From the NCBI RefSeq assembly GCF_026210795.1, contig NC_089434.1, positions 248,001-312,000 on the forward strand: a stretch of 64,000 bases of DNA. The letters run 5' to 3'. The stretch is from Rhizophagus irregularis (taxonomy: Eukaryota). Position numbers and translations under genes: made by a program. The stretch's first letter is position 1, and every line of letters begins with the position of its first letter. Shown piece after piece: positions 39,811 through 55,055 of the stretch. The notes under the pieces were generated by a model. The model did no database searches. It saw nothing but the letters and a program-made list of their open reading frames with translations, and was not told the DNA's origin.

Positions 39811-41280
39811 ATCAAAACATTTCAATATATACTAGTATCTCCTATCGATTTTTCTAAAAATGAAGAGAATTCGTAACTTTTGTTCAGTTGAAAGAGATTT
39901 ATCTGTCACTAAATCCTGTAATCCATTTAGAAGGCAATTTAAGCATTTCCCCTATATTAAAAGAAAGTGGATAAGATCCAAGCTTATTAAACAGAACAGA
40001 AGTTTACATAGCTTGTTAATGTTGAAGTTTGGCTTAGGTGTTATAGTAATATTTCTGATGTGATAAAAAACCAATTTTGGTGTGGGTTAATTTTTTAACC
40101 GCTAAAATGAGTTTTAGATCAGGTATGTTGTAGCGCACAAAAAAAACATAATAATGTGATAATGTGATATTTAATATAATAAATATAAGTATATTGTGCA
40201 AAGTTGAAATTTAATTATAAAATGAATAAAAATGTGTTAGAAAATTTTTTCCATTAAAACTTGTTTTCCATAAGAGAAATACTAAGATTACATATACATA
40301 CATTTTATAAGAATAAAGGGTCATGACTTTGATGTCTTCTGTAATTAATTATAAAACTTTTTATTTGCATATATTAATATTTATTGAATGCAATTAATTT
40401 ATTCTATGAAAATGAGAGACTTTCATTCAGTTAGCATATTATCACTAATCTAAATTTCTAAACAGACCGGCAAGGCGGCAATCATTATTGGACATATGGT
40501 CTACTAACTGTCCATTAATAGACCCTCCGCAGGTTGGACGTTACATTATGTATATACAACTGACGCGAATCATTTAACTGTTTAAAATATATTTATTAAT
40601 TTAATTTTTAAAATTTTTCTTACTTTAAGAATCGAACAAAGACCTAAATACTTATTTTTCGATTTCAATTATTTCAATTATCATCACATGATTGAAAATG
40701 GGCGTCATAATCTAATATACATTTGTAAAAATTTTTTTATACCAGTCTAAATTAGTGTAAATTGTAATCGAACTTTGCGTCTCTTAAACGTCTATGTTTG
40801 AAAATTACGTAAAAAAGAATGTGAGAATCACAGTATACAGTATGTAATACAAGTATATTATTTCTATATAATTTTATTATATTGATTTTTTGGTTTATAA
40901 TTAGAAAATTTGGTACATTTAATGTTGATACTCACGTGAATGTTTAGTCATTCAAATACATAAAAAATTTTAATTAAAATTTGTAACAAAACTATAAAAA
41001 TCATAATCTGGAGTTGGATTTTAATTATAAATTTAGAATATATATGAAATTAAAGTCAAACAAGATTATTGGTGATAAAAAAGCAATGTATGATTTAGCC
41101 ATGTTTCATTATAATTGAGAAGAACAATATTAAGTATGATTATAATATATGTAGTAATTAAAATATAACCTAAAAATATATATATGTGTGTAAATAAAAG
41201 CTTTTAGAATAAATCATAACTATTTCCTAATCCTAACCCTAATCCTAACCCTATTCTTTAAAAAAGTATGCAGTTAATTG

Positions 41281-43210
41281 CTACGCGACGAAGAATAATG
41301 CATGCAATGACCCACAACTAATGCGAACAATATCTTTGCCTTCCCCAAGTCCATTTAAATCTGATATCTGAAATGGTGATGTCACTTCATTTTCTAAGAC
41401 CAAAGTCTCTCCAAACCCCCATGCATAAATTTTGTTAACTGTATCAATAGCTATTGAGTAATGTTCTCTAGCTCCAATAAATTTTATTGAAGTAAGATTC
41501 GGAATAACAGTTGGAGTCACTATTCTTTTATCAGTAATAACATTATTACCCAAACCAAGTTGTCCACTATCAGAACGTCCAAAACTAAAAACTTGTCCAT
41601 CATGCATACGAACAAGTGTATGATGTTGACCAGCAGCAATTTCATCAACATTTTGGTCAACTTCATTAAAAAATGAATGCTTTTTAGGAGTAATATATTT
41701 TTTTGACTCTTCAAGACCACATTGTCCCATATTGTTGAGGCCAAAGACCCATACATTATTATTATCATCAATCGCAAAGTTATGATACGCACCAGCATAT
41801 AATTGAACAATATGTTTTAATCCTAGGTTGAATGGCACGAGCAATTCGCATTCCTTTAATCCAAGACTACGACCTTCATTACTTCCCCATGCATATACAT
41901 CTCCTTCCCTGGTAAGTGCTAAAGCATGATTTGCACCTGTTACTATGTCAACTATTGATAAATGTTCCAAAGGAGTATACCGTGTAAATATTGGTTGTTC
42001 GATTTTATTATTTTGGGAAAATCCAATAATTCCATCTTTACCCTGATTTTTATGAAAAAAAAAAAATTTATAAAAAAATCACTAATTTGGCTGGAATTAT
42101 TGATATTTAAATTGTACAAACCTTAAAAACACCCGTCGCATATAAATGACCTTGATCAGATATAGCAAAGGTAATATTATCTCCACAAATTACTTTTACA
42201 ATATTGATATTATCAAGACCTTCAGCATATGCGGGTTCATTTTCCTCATATATGTTATAATTTCCTTCTTTTAGAATTTTATTCGCTGCTGTTGAATTAG
42301 GAAATTTGGTGAAGCGACCAAGCGTACCTGAGTTTGAAAATATAACTATATATTTAATTGAAATATAATGAAGGCGTTACAATAATAACATTAAATGATT
42401 AGTTTTACCATGATCATTACATCCCCACGTTACAACTTTGCCATCAGAAGTAAGCGCAGCACTATGAAGAGCTCCTGCGCTTATATCAACTATGTTGAAT
42501 TTTTCCAAAGGAATAATACTTAATTTTTTTATTTCTGATTCTTTTATACCACCACATTGAGACATATCATTTGAACCAATAGCGTAAACCTGACCAATTC
42601 GTTTAGGAAGAGTAGGAATCGGTACAATAAAAGTGTTCCACTTTCTACGTTTAGAATTCAGTATTTGCGTGTTATCATCCTCTACGACATTATTGCCACG
42701 TTTTCTAGTAGGTAACAAAACACTTGAAGTTGCTTTACCCCACTTTTGCTCAGCAATAGTAGTAACTTGGGGAGCTGCATCTTGAATGTCGACTGAAACA
42801 ACTTTTGTTTCATGAATAGGAATGATAGCTTTTCTTGAAGTAGATGTGATAGCCTTTCTTGAAGTAGTTTTAGATGGTTCTACTTGTTTAAGACGTTTAT
42901 CAATATTCCGATCAGATGTACCTTCTTCATATAGTTCAACTGAAACAACTTTTGTTTCATGAGTAGGAATGATAGCCTTTCTTATAGCCTTTCTTGTAGT
43001 AGCTATTTGTTTATGACGTTTATCGGTATTCTGATCAGCTTCGTATAGTTCAACTATACGCTTTCTTTTGTTATTTCGTGCAGCTGTAACGTTACGTCCG
43101 TGATGGGCTGACTTAGAGGTAACACTAGCATTGGATGATGTAGTGCGTGCAGCAATTCGAGCAGAACGTCTGGTAGCTTGTTGTTGGACAGTTTTGTTAT
43201 TCTTAACCAT
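41281..43210 (-). CDS. RCC1-repeat protein (Ran GEF Srm1/Pim1-like) with a basic repetitive N-terminus, about 589 aa
   Basis: Exons 43210-42409, 42327-42122 and 42042-41281 join in frame. Repeats ISAGALHS..WGCNDHGTLG, GANHALAL..WGSNE, AAGQHHTL..FGRSDSGQLG. Confidence 0.85.
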
Positions 43211-45588
43211 TTTAAATATAAGGATAAATAAAGGAAAAAAAGTAATTGGTAAGTATATTATTTTGATAATTTTTTTTTGGGGTAAAAATACTGAAAAATC
43301 GAATTTTTATGTGAAAATTTTAATAACATAATTATAACCATATCATTAATAAGAATGACTATTCATTAAGGAAATTTAATCATAATTATATGAATCTATA
43401 CAAGAATACATTATATTAGTCATAACGATTAATTTGTTATAGATTTTATAGATTATAAATTATAACCGCGACACCAAGAACAAACACTTAAAAAAGATTT
43501 CATTTTTTTTTAATTTAATTGTTTCACATTTATATTATTGGTTATAATTTGTATAATACAAATACAAGTTTACGTAATTATAGTGATATAAATAAGTATT
43601 TCCTTTTTTGGATAATTCCAGGCAAATTACAAAATATGTTTGGATCCTTAATTTTGGTTATTCTTAATAATATTACGTTAGGTTTTATTTATGTATTTAA
43701 ATTAATTTAAAATCATAATATATTACCTAATGAATAAGTCGTAAAATAATCGAAAAACATAATTTCTATCGTTACGTAATCTTATCTAAATGGTAGGTAA
43801 TTTTATTATATTTATTATTGTTTAAGTTTTTTAATTTTTAGACAAGTTAAAAGATACGGTATATAAAGCGATTGAATATTATCCAATAAATGAACATCAC
43901 ATGATGAGAAGTTTTACAAGTAAGCATTTTTATACAAAAAAAAATTATTAAATGACTAAAGAATGTTATTTTTTAAAAAATTCCAGCATAATTTTACTTT
44001 AAAGAAAAAAAAAAAATTTTCGAGATAAATTGGAATTTATTGATCACCCACTGTATTTCTTTCAATTATAATGCGATTGTATCGTGTTTTTCTAAAATAA
44101 AATATTCTCAGATTTGTCAAATTGCCATATTAATCATTATTTTAATTGTTAACATGCTTCTTCACGTTAAGTTAAATTAGTAATTGTAACTGTAATTCAA
44201 ATTCAACTGTTCTAACTATAATTTTTCATTATGATAATTAAATAACGAAAATTTGCAAATTTCTATACACGTTTTATAGTTATAAGTAAATATGCCTCAA
44301 TTAAACTATCCTATGCCAAAATCTGAATGTTTTTATAAAATAGAAAAAAAAAATTAGAAGTTAATAAATGAGAAACTAAAATAGTAATGAAGAAATAAAT
44401 TAAAAATCGCCAACTCTTAAGATGGTATCTTTGATGATGATAAAGATAAAATCGATGATAATAATGTGGTAATGATGAAAGTGGTAAAAGGTATAAAAAA
44501 AGAAATTAAAAATTATACAATATAGTAAATATAGTATAAACATTTTTTTGACGATTATCGCAAAAGATTTCAATTCTTGCTACATGCAAAAAAATATAAT
44601 TTTGCAGATTATTGTCGATCATTTTGCAATTCCACGAATTAGCCATAAAAAAAATTTGAATATAACTTTTTAAATCACTTGAAGAAGTCGTCCATTTGCT
44701 ATAAGTGGGATCAAAAATAATTATTTTTTTTTTTTGAATGGACTTAGTAAAATGCTTTAATTATTCTTTAATAATTTCAAAATAGGAGAGTATCACATGA
44801 TATATATATAATATGTTACTTGGCTCAAGTTTATTCAACCTTATATTACATAATCTGGTATATCTACACACGTAGTATAGATTCAGTATATATATTTTTA
44901 TTTCCCATTTCCACTAGAAGTAGGGCGACTTTTCATTAATTTTTATGCTCTACTTGTAGGAATTGTTTTATATAGTTTCTTGTAGACTGTTTAATGATGA
45001 AAAAAATATTGTTCAACGTAAGTGAGGTGTAATAAGCGATAGAGGTTTGGAATTGATAAAAATGTTAAAAAACAACATTTTGGTAAAGAGACAAAACGCG
45101 CATATCTAAAATAAGAAATACTTTAATCTACAAAAGAGGTAGTACAGTAGATTACTATAATATTATTGATTACGGTAGTGTTTCATAGTTTTTCTTAGTT
45201 TGTTGTAGTAGTTAAAGGTGTTGTAGCGGGTTTTTATATAACATTACCGAAGTCCATACGAATCCTATTTGGGTGTGCAGGATGGTAGATAGTTCTTTTG
45301 AACATAAAATCTTAACATTATAGTATTTTTCGATCGTGTTCTTTACTAAATGTTATATAATGTAGATCTTTTCTTTTTTTGTAATTTTTCTTATTTCCTA
45401 ATAAAGTAATAAATTGACTTCGTTTAAAAAAAAAAAATACAGTACGTCATAGTACGTCACATACGTCAGTCAGCATTATGACTTCTAAAATTGGGCTTAT
45501 AATAACCAAATTTAACTCCGATACTCCGATAAAAACTAACAATTCCGATACTCGTACTCGTATTTTTCCTTTCTCTAAATTTCTTAAG

Positions 45589-47163
45589 ATGACATTACCT
45601 TATTTAATAGATGATTGTGTTTATAATATTTTACAATACCTTCAAAATGATGGATCAACTCTATTTAATTGTTTATTAGTTAATCGATTTTGGTGTAAAA
45701 CGACAATTCCTATACTTTATGCAAATCCTTTTGCAACAGGATACAGAAAAAAACACAAGTTAATCTCAACCATAATTTTACTTTTTAATAAAGAAGAAAT
45801 TTTACAATTAAAGAATCAATTAGGAACAAATCAAATTAAAAAATTTAATATTGATGATGAACACAAACCATTATTTGAATATTTAAAATATTTGGAAGAT
45901 TACAATTACTATAAAATAAGTTCTTTTATGACTAGATTTATATTCTGTAATATTACTTTATCAATATCATCTTCACTCAAAGAATGTAAATTCAATATTT
46001 CCCCAATATTTCATCAAAGAATTTTATGTCAAAGTAGAAACATTAAACAATTAGATATTTCATTAGATTTATTTAATAGTGAAGCTTTTAAAAATTTTAA
46101 TGTTCAAAATTTCATTTCAAATTTAACAAAATTAAAATCATTAACATTAAGTTTATCATTAGGTGATACTAATAATAATGAAATTGAACAAGAATTTTTA
46201 GGAAGTATAGCTAATAATAATTTTAATAATTTAAATTTGAGAAAATTAATAATTGACCTTACTTCTAAAAAATTAGTTGGACAAAAGATTAATACATGTG
46301 AAAAGATTTATAAAATTATTCAAGGACAAAACAAACTTAAAATATTTCAGATACGGAATTGTTGTTATTCTTTATTAAATAATATTCTTTTATCCTTAGA
46401 ATTTCGAAAGCATTCTTTAGTTCATATTGAAATTGTAAAATCTGACTTCATTAATGTTAATTTAAAAAGTTTTAATAATTTATATAATTTAGAATATTTA
46501 ATATTTGAATCTTGTGAAGGTATATTATTAAGTCAATGTGAGATTTTAAAATTTGCTTCATTTAAGCTCAAGGAATTATCATTTATACGTAATGAATGGA
46601 ATGCTGATGTCACATCATTAATGATCAAATATCTAGGAGAATCATTACAAAAATTATTAATTGAAGATCCTACAATTCAACTTATTGAAAATATATCAAT
46701 GTATTGTCCAAATCTTATTTTTTTAGAAATAAGAATTTATTTATATGTTGATTTATCAGTGTTATCATTTTTAAAAAATTTAAGAATAAGAATATTAAAT
46801 ATTAAAATTTCTTATAATATTGATAAAATTTTTTTTATAAATTTAGCAAATAATATACCTATTAATATTAGTAAAATTTCTTTTTCTATTTATTTTTGTG
46901 ATTTTCGTCTTTCAAAACTTAAGGAATTTTTAGAAAATTGTCATAATAGTTTTGAAATAATTAATTTAAATCATATTATTGAATATCAACTTCTTGAAAT
47001 TGTTTTAAATTATATTGAAAGAAGTAATAATAGTTTAAAACTTCTTGGTATGATGAAATTGAATGAAAAATTGAATGATAAAGAATTAAAATTATTGAAT
47101 CAAATTGAAGCTAAAGGAGTTAAAATAGTGGAATTTAATAGTATTGCTATGTTTAGTATTTAA
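45589..47163 (+). CDS. F-box / RNI-like LRR protein of the expanded Glomeromycotina family
   Basis: Single exon. MTLPYLIDDCVYNILQYL..LFNCLLVNRFWC..IPILYANPF F-box-like start followed by LRR-like repeats. The upstream ATG at 45478 is probably not the start. Confidence 0.8.
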   Translation: MTLPYLIDDCVYNILQYLQNDGSTLFNCLLVNRFWCKTTIPILYANPFATGYRKKHKLISTIILLFNKEEILQLKNQLGTNQIKKFNIDDEHKPLFEYLKYLEDYNYYKISSFMTRFIFCNITLSISSSLKECKFNISPIFHQRILCQSRNIKQLDISLDLFNSEAFKNFNVQNFISNLTKLKSLTLSLSLGDTNNNEIEQEFLGSIANNNFNNLNLRKLIIDLTSKKLVGQKINTCEKIYKIIQGQNKLKIFQIRNCCYSLLNNILLSLEFRKHSLVHIEIVKSDFINVNLKSFNNLYNLEYLIFESCEGILLSQCEILKFASFKLKELSFIRNEWNADVTSLMIKYLGESLQKLLIEDPTIQLIENISMYCPNLIFLEIRIYLYVDLSVLSFLKNLRIRILNIKISYNIDKIFFINLANNIPINISKISFSIYFCDFRLSKLKEFLENCHNSFEIINLNHIIEYQLLEIVLNYIERSNNSLKLLGMMKLNEKLNDKELKLLNQIEAKGVKIVEFNSIAMFSI

Positions 47164-49860
47164 TATTTAGGATTAATATTTAGCTTTAGGTTATTTATTA
47201 TTATTATTTTTTTTTTTGTTTAACAAAATAAATAAAAATTTTTATAAAAAAGGATACCGATTATTTATGTGGCGTATTGGTTATAAATTGTTAGTCCTTT
47301 TAGAATATCAATTTTTTTTAAATGGAGCTCAACCTTATATGAGACGATGAGGTATAATACAATTACATTTAATTTCTAGGTAATGATTTTGATGTTGATC
47401 GAATTCTCTACGTAGATGCATCAAATTCCTATGAAACTAGAGATCAGTCTGACCACAGTATTTTTTTACGTTAATTAATTAATTTACTTCTATTTATTGT
47501 TTGTTTTTGAAAAAAAGTATATTTTATAATTATGAATAAATTTCAGGCATAATAAATTTAAGTTACTACTTAGTACATGAGGACTAATTATTTTCAACTA
47601 ATTATTATCTTTGAATTTTTTTTAAAAAAAGATCAATAACCAAGAAAGATACTTTTTTTCAGATTGCAACTTTTATTCATTTACTTAATTTATTGTGATA
47701 TTGTTCTATTAGCGCTTATAGTTCGTCTAAGACATATTTTAAACGTGGCGATATTATATTTTACTCAATGTATTTTGTTTTATCAAATAAGTTCATGCCT
47801 ATGTATGTTTTATGATAACTAGCTGTAACCTGTTGCGTTTGCAACAAGATTAGATCAACATGAAATTTCTGAAATATATTTAGGAAAATTAAATATAATT
47901 TTAAAGTTTTTATTTGTTTATAATTTGGATTATAATGTGAGCGGGTGAAAAAATAAAAATTATTAAAATTTAAAATAAACTAATAATAATTAAAATATTA
48001 AAAGTATTAATTATACTAATTATTTAAAAAAGTTATATAATTCATAAAATATTTATAAATTTTATTGGATATTTTTTAAAAAATCATATTTATTTTAACT
48101 AAAAAAAAAATTATATAAAATATAATTTATTCAAATAAAAAAAAAATACATATATATATTTATTTCGATTACATCGCAACACTGGCCCGATCCAAACCTA
48201 AAAAGGTAAAAGAACAAAAAAAAAATTAGGAAAAAAAGAGGTATTATTAATTTATTATAGTCTTCGGGCATAAACTCTTGCCAGAATTAAGCGGTGATAA
48301 TCGCCGGTGGTTAGAATCACCAACTGGTGAACTTTAGCAATACTTCACTGATGATATGTATTTTTAAATTTATCTATTAAGATCAAATTCACATAAAAGA
48401 ACTAGCAATATAGCAAATACTATAATATCCACATTTATTTCTTTTTAAACTTCATAATATACTTAACAATTCCAACAACTGAAAATCTGTAAAATTTTTC
48501 CTAATATAAAATTTTTATTTAGGTAATTATATATACATATATATTTGGAGCGTAAGATAGAAATAAAATAATGATGATATCATTTAAGTTTTTTTTTTGT
48601 TGATCTACCAATGAAAATTCCTTTTCCAATAAACTTATTGAAGGAAAAGTAATAATACGGAAAGGGCGTTTCCCGTTTTCAATAAAAAAGACTGATAAGG
48701 ATCGTGGTATATATTACAATAATATTATATTGATATGATAAAAACACATAATTTGCGGTTGGCCATAGATAAATAAGTATCTAAAGTTAACGTTAAGAAA
48801 ATACAAATCACTTTGATTCAATCTAACTGCAGAAAACATGAACCCAATCTATTCATATGTCAAATTCAGATACATCAATGATGCAAACTTTAAACCCGTA
48901 CAATTTACGCTTTGCAAATACTTATCAATTTACAGCCTTTGTCCCTACTCTTTTATAATTTAATTCTTCTTTAATGATGTTTTATGTATTAAACTAATAT
49001 GATAATCCATCAGGGCTACAGCCATGTTTTGACCTTTTCTTTTTCAATTTTGATGTTAAAAGAACCATTGGAACCTCTTTAAACTAAATTAAAAGGTGAA
49101 GTAAGTAAAAAATTTGAAAAAAATTGCATTAGAAAGATTGAGACTTACAAAAAGATATTTATCAGATGGAACTTTTAATATTTCATCTTTATATGAATAA
49201 TTACATGACTCTACCAAACAAAAATATTATTATCCATACAATTTATGCAACCTATTTTTTATAAGATAAGATATCTTCCTTTTCAAGATAATCTTAAAAT
49301 CAAAAATGTTAAATAAATTATCTTTTTAGATTCGCAAAATGAAATCATTCATACGTCATATTTGTAGTAATTTTTTATCATTAAAATTTCACTTACTGTA
49401 CAAACAAAAAGTACTTGGAAGTTTTAATTTATTGATTTTTCTTGGGAATTCACACGGACAGTCTGTTTAAATTTTGTGTTACCTTAAAAATGTATGTTTA
49501 CCAAACTTCTGGTTTTTTGTGTAGTAATCAATTTCCTTTTTCAAAAATCTTCTTTTATGGTAGTAATTTGTACCATCTAAATGACCGGCCATTTTTTTTA
49601 AAAAATAAAATTATTTATGTTTTTATATTAATTCCTATGTCGATTTCCATATTGTTTTATAACTGGAATATATGCTATTTGGAGACTTCGTCCCCAATGA
49701 TTATGTACATAATATAGTTCCCGGTGAAAATATAATAATGGTGGTATGAATATCACATGTTGATTTGACAGATGATTTTGACAATTCAAATAATCAAAAT
49801 TATTTTCACATTTTTTTCTATTAGTGCGAATAATAGTTATTTTAATTTCTTAATTTATCT

Positions 49861-50500
49861 GTAACGATTATAAATTTATAATTATTAATTGTCATTGAAT
49901 AATTTTTAGATGATAGCGAAGAATTATTCAAATCATTTAATGAATTATAAAATAAATTTAAATGAAGGTAAATAAATAATACTATTTTGATTACAAATTT
50001 ATCCCTTGAAATATAATATATATTATATTTTATTTTTTATATTTAATCAAATTAATTATGGAAAAGAAATGGTGGAGCAACAGCGATTAAAAAAACATAA
50101 TGTTGGTATGTATAGATAATAATAATTGATTTTTATGAAATTATAATTTTATTATTTAATTCTAAAATATTATATATAATAAATTTAGTTAGTTTTTTTT
50201 CTATGTAGACATGGCAAGTTAATTTGAAATTTTTTTTTCAAAAAAAAAAATTTTACGTAGTTATGTTACTAATTTATATTTTATATTTTTTTTAGATGGA
50301 TTTTTAAATTTTTTATTTTACTAAATTATCATTATTATTTAATTAATATTAACAATAAATATTTATTTATTTTTTTCATATTAGGATTATTCAAACACTA
50401 AGCTTTAGAGTAGAAATCTTACTAGACAAATACTTAGTTTGTAATTTAAACAATTCATTCTGTTTCAGATATATTATATTGTAATTTATCCAAATATTAA
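49861..50500 (+). pseudogene. Orphan 3' exons and 3'UTR of a truncated kinase paralog
   Basis: Matches about 62390-62990 (TTAGATGATAG..AAATCATTTAATGA; TTAGATGGATTTT; AAACACTAAG..AGAGTAG). No kinase exons upstream. Confidence 0.65.
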
Positions 50501-51771
50501 ACTTGTAGCTTATCAATTTTATTGTTTCTATCAGCAGTGAATGTGTGATTAAACATTTATATTAATTATAAAATTCTATTTAATCGATACGTTATGTGGC
50601 GCAGTAACTAATAAAGGAATCGAAGTAAAATCATCCATCATAAAATTATCAAGATTGTGAGACTAGTACTTTAACGTAATACATTATTAATTATCAATTA
50701 TTAATTTATCTATTTATTTTAAATCACACAGTGAACAGTAAAACATCATATAGTATATTATTAGTTTAGGCCAAATTTTCATTTTTTTTTTATTTATTTT
50801 TAGGACGTGAATCTTTTTTTTAAAAAAATACTTTATTAATAATCAATAAATTCGAATAAATATAAACTAAAATAGTTAATTAATTTATTTATATAAAAGC
50901 TAAAGCCATACGTGCCAAGAAAGTTTTTCATTAAGAAATCGTCATAACTTTCATAATTTGTACTGTATCTTTGATTTTTTTTTTTTTAAAAAAAATAAAT
51001 TAATGATTCTTAAATGCATCCCGAAGGAATTGTACATCATAACATTTTATAAATTAAATTGTGCAGTGCTTTTTTGGTATAAAATAAATAGCTAATATCA
51101 TGGAAAATATATTATTTCTACTACACAATAAGTGAGATTTATTATTTTTAATAATTTATTTTTGATATAGTTTTAACAAAGATCGTTTAATAAAATTAGC
51201 GTCAATATTAACAACATCATTGTCATGTACTGTATTCAATATTAGTCAAGCCTGCTGATTATGTTTAATATACTTCTTTTATATAATACTCATATTTATT
51301 AATATTACCTCTGTAAAAATTTATATCATGCTGTTATTATAATGTTTTCAAACTTGGTAAAACATTCTTATGAAATTAAACAAATTATTATTTATAATTT
51401 ATTATATTTCATATTCATTTAAATAATTTAGTTACATGATAAGTTACCTTTATTACTTCCCAATACAATCTTTATTTAATAACTAGTGATTGTCATATAT
51501 GGAAGACTTCGTCCCCCATTTGTTTTTTTATGTTAGATATTTATAATGAAATTTTATCCAGATTAGTTGATTAGCGTTAAATTATTTAACCGAAAAGCAG
51601 TTAATTACTAAATTCGGTTGTTCATTTTGTATTTATGGTCACATGATAGTCACACAACATTTGGTAATACATAAAACGGATGAAAAACTCCGCTCGTAAA
51701 ATTTTTTTAAGTTACAAAATTATTTTAAATTTTTTTTTCATAATTTAAATATTTTATAAGAAAATTACATT

Positions 51772-54144
51772 ATGTCTGATATTCGAAAAGAATTAGTTTA
51801 TGCTGCAATTAATAGAGCAATTACATCAATAGATTATGATATTTATGATGATTTTCATAAACAACATGAATTTAAAAAACAAACTATACTTGCTGATAAT
51901 TCTCTTACAAATGATGAAAAAACTTATGCAATAAAAGAACTGAATAAGACATATGACAGGTATAAAGTTAAATATAATTATGGGGCAAGAAGAACTTGTG
52001 AAAATTGTAACCAAGAATGTTTAGCTACATTATATTGTGAATATTGTGTTCAAAATTATTTAAAAGCAAACTTTTCAAATTGGACATCTGGAAATAATGA
52101 TATTGATAATTTAATACAAAAATGTCAAATTGAAACACTTAGACCAGATAAAATAATTGAATGGATTCCATATAATAATTTACAAAATATTAAATATTTA
52201 ACAAAAGGTGGATTTTCTGAAATTTATACAGCAGTTTGGATTGATGGAAGTTATGAAGAATGGGATTCTAAAGAACAAAAATTAATAAGATTAGGAAGAC
52301 ACAAAGTAATACTTAAAGGATTAGAAAATGTTGAAAATGCAAATCAAAGATGGTTTGAAGAGGTTTGTAATTTAATGTTATTTATTATTATTTTCAGTTT
52401 TAGTAAATAATAAATTTTATTATATATATATAGGCTGAATCACACTTTAAAATAAGCAATATATCTTCATCAATTATTCCATGTTTTGGTTTAACACAAA
52501 ATCCATCAAATGGAAATTATATGCTTGTAATAGGTAAAGCAGATATAGATTTAAGAAAATATTTACAACAAACTCAAAATCAACTTACATGGAAAGAAAG
52601 AATAAAAATTGCTTATGATATAACTCCTGCACTCAAGGTTATTCACAGGGAAAACACAATTCATAGAGATTTGCATTCTGGGAATATATTGTATTCAAAA
52701 CTAAATCAACGTTGGTATATCAGTGATCTCGGATTTTGTGGACCTGCAGATAAATCAACAGAAAGTATATATGGTAATCTTCCCTACATAGCACCAGAAG
52801 TTATTTCTGGAAAGAATACTACAGTGGAATCTGATATTTATAGTATTGGAATGTTAATGTGGGAAATTTCATCTGGACAACCTCCTTTTAATTATTATGA
52901 AAATGATTATAAACTTGCATTGAATATAATTAATGGAATGAGACCAAAAGTAATATCAGGAACTCCTTTAAAATATGAAAATTTAATGAAACAATGTTGG
53001 AATGCTGATCCATCAAAAAGACCTGATATTGGTACACTTTGTAATAGAATTCGCCAACTTCTACAATTTTATCAAAATATATCAAATGAAATACTTCAAC
53101 AAGAAACAAATAATTTAGAAAGAAACAAACTAATAAACAACACAATGTCAAAACATATAAGTAGCAAATTATTTACAAGTAGAATTCATCAATTTAAAAA
53201 TTTGCCTGAACCAAGAAATGCAACAGAAGGTATAATTTTAATATTTGTTATCTTTATTATTTTTCTTTTAAAATATTAATATTGTTTTTAATTTTAAATG
53301 ATAATAGAAGAACAAGAAGGTAAAAATAATGGATATGTATTAGAAATATGTAAAATATTTGATTATTTTTTCTAACCTTTAAAAAAAAATCATTTTTAAT
53401 AGCATTTCATAGTAAATCATATGACTGCTTTAATATTCCTGATAATAGTAAGTAATTAGATATATTGATATATATAATGCAAATTATTAATTATTTTTAT
53501 TACTAGTTGAAGATTTTAACAATCCAAGTAATAAAAATTATGCTGGTACATCCAAAGCAAGTAGTATTTTAAAAGGTAATTAATCATTTAAATTTAAATT
53601 TTCTTTTTTGTAACAGTATGAACTTATAGCCGTTTGATTTTGAATCTGTAAAAATTATAATTATTAATTTGATTGTCTTAATAATTTTTAGGCATGAGTA
53701 AAAGATTATCTAAAGTATTTAATAAATTACAAAAAAAATCAAATAATGGCAAGTAGATAATTATTCTGTATTTGATTACAGTTCTCATTCCTTGAAATAT
53801 AACATATTTTACATTTTTTATAGGTAATCAAATTAATTACGGAAAAGAAATAGTTGAACAACAACAAATTAAGCAATATAATCTCAACATTAATGGTATG
53901 AAAAATTGCAATAATGATTAATTATGTAACATTCGTTTTATATATCTTTTTTTTTTATAGATGAAGATGAAACTTATGATGATAAAAACTTTCATTCAGA
54001 AGAAGATGATGTATTTGAAATTCCAGATGGTAAGTATTTCATATTACTGTACCATATGTTCTTTATATTTTTGCAAGAAAAATAACTATATTCATTTTGT
54101 ATTTTTATTTATTAATTAATTAATTTAATTTAGATGGATTTTAA
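51772..54144 (+). CDS. Tyrosine-kinase-like protein kinase, copy 1 (multi-exon)
   Basis: KGGFSEIY, VILK, HRDLHSGN, DLG, YIAPE, SDIYSIG, CWNADPSKRP. Intron 52363-52433 and a series of short C-terminal exons ending GAT GGA TTT TAA. Confidence 0.88.
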
Positions 54145-55055
54145 ATTCTTTAATTTCTGACGTACGGAATATATTTTATTACTTTTTTTTTGCTTTTTAT
54201 TTAGAATTATTTAAACACTAAGTATAGAGTAGGTAAAATTTTTTACGAGATTCTTAGTTTGTAATTTAAATGATTCACTATTTTTATTATTATTGTTATA
54301 ACTTCGTTATTCATTAAATAAAAAATTTAACTTTTTCGATAACATAAAATTTTTGATTTACTGCAAATAAAATTATTTGGAGTGGGAGGTTCAATATTAA
54401 TTTAATGAGTTTATAATAAAATAAGTCGTAACACTGTCGTAACGATAGGGCCAATTAATGACTAAAATTTTTATATTTGAACAAAGTGGATATGATTTAT
54501 TCTTTAAATTGTGTTCAATTACTATATAAAGGATCATTAAAAGAACGTAATAAAATTAACTTTTTCAATGATAAAAAGTAAGTAAATGGGAAGTACAAAA
54601 ATATTTTAACCTTCTATCAATTTATCACGTGCATTTTTAACCCTAATGATCGATCAAATTAATGTTTGAACGAAACCATCATAATGCTGGCTGAAATTAC
54701 ATTCAATCACGTGATATTGTCGTTAACGATATGGTTAATTGATATAAATGCAGTATTTGAAACTAATTTTAATATATAATTTAATGATTATCACAAAATA
54801 TTGGATTAATAACAAATTAAATGTGTGGAATGTATGGATAATTTAATAACAATGTTAAAATTCGAATTACAATTTATTTCATCATTGATTGTAACGAAAT
54901 ATGAAAATATTGCTGAAAACATTTACTAATATTTGGGTAAGTAATATTATTTATTATAGATTTTTCTATTCGTCCTTTAAATGTAATAAAATCCACAATT
55001 ATTACTATAGAAATTACAAGGCTAAAGCAATAAACTCTAGACTCTACTATTTAGA

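Noticed and set aside
41226..41254. Telomere-like (CCTAAC/CCTAAT)n, also two units at about 13667
   Set aside because: Only 2-5 degenerate units, in a 3'UTR and an intron; consistent with microsatellite noise.
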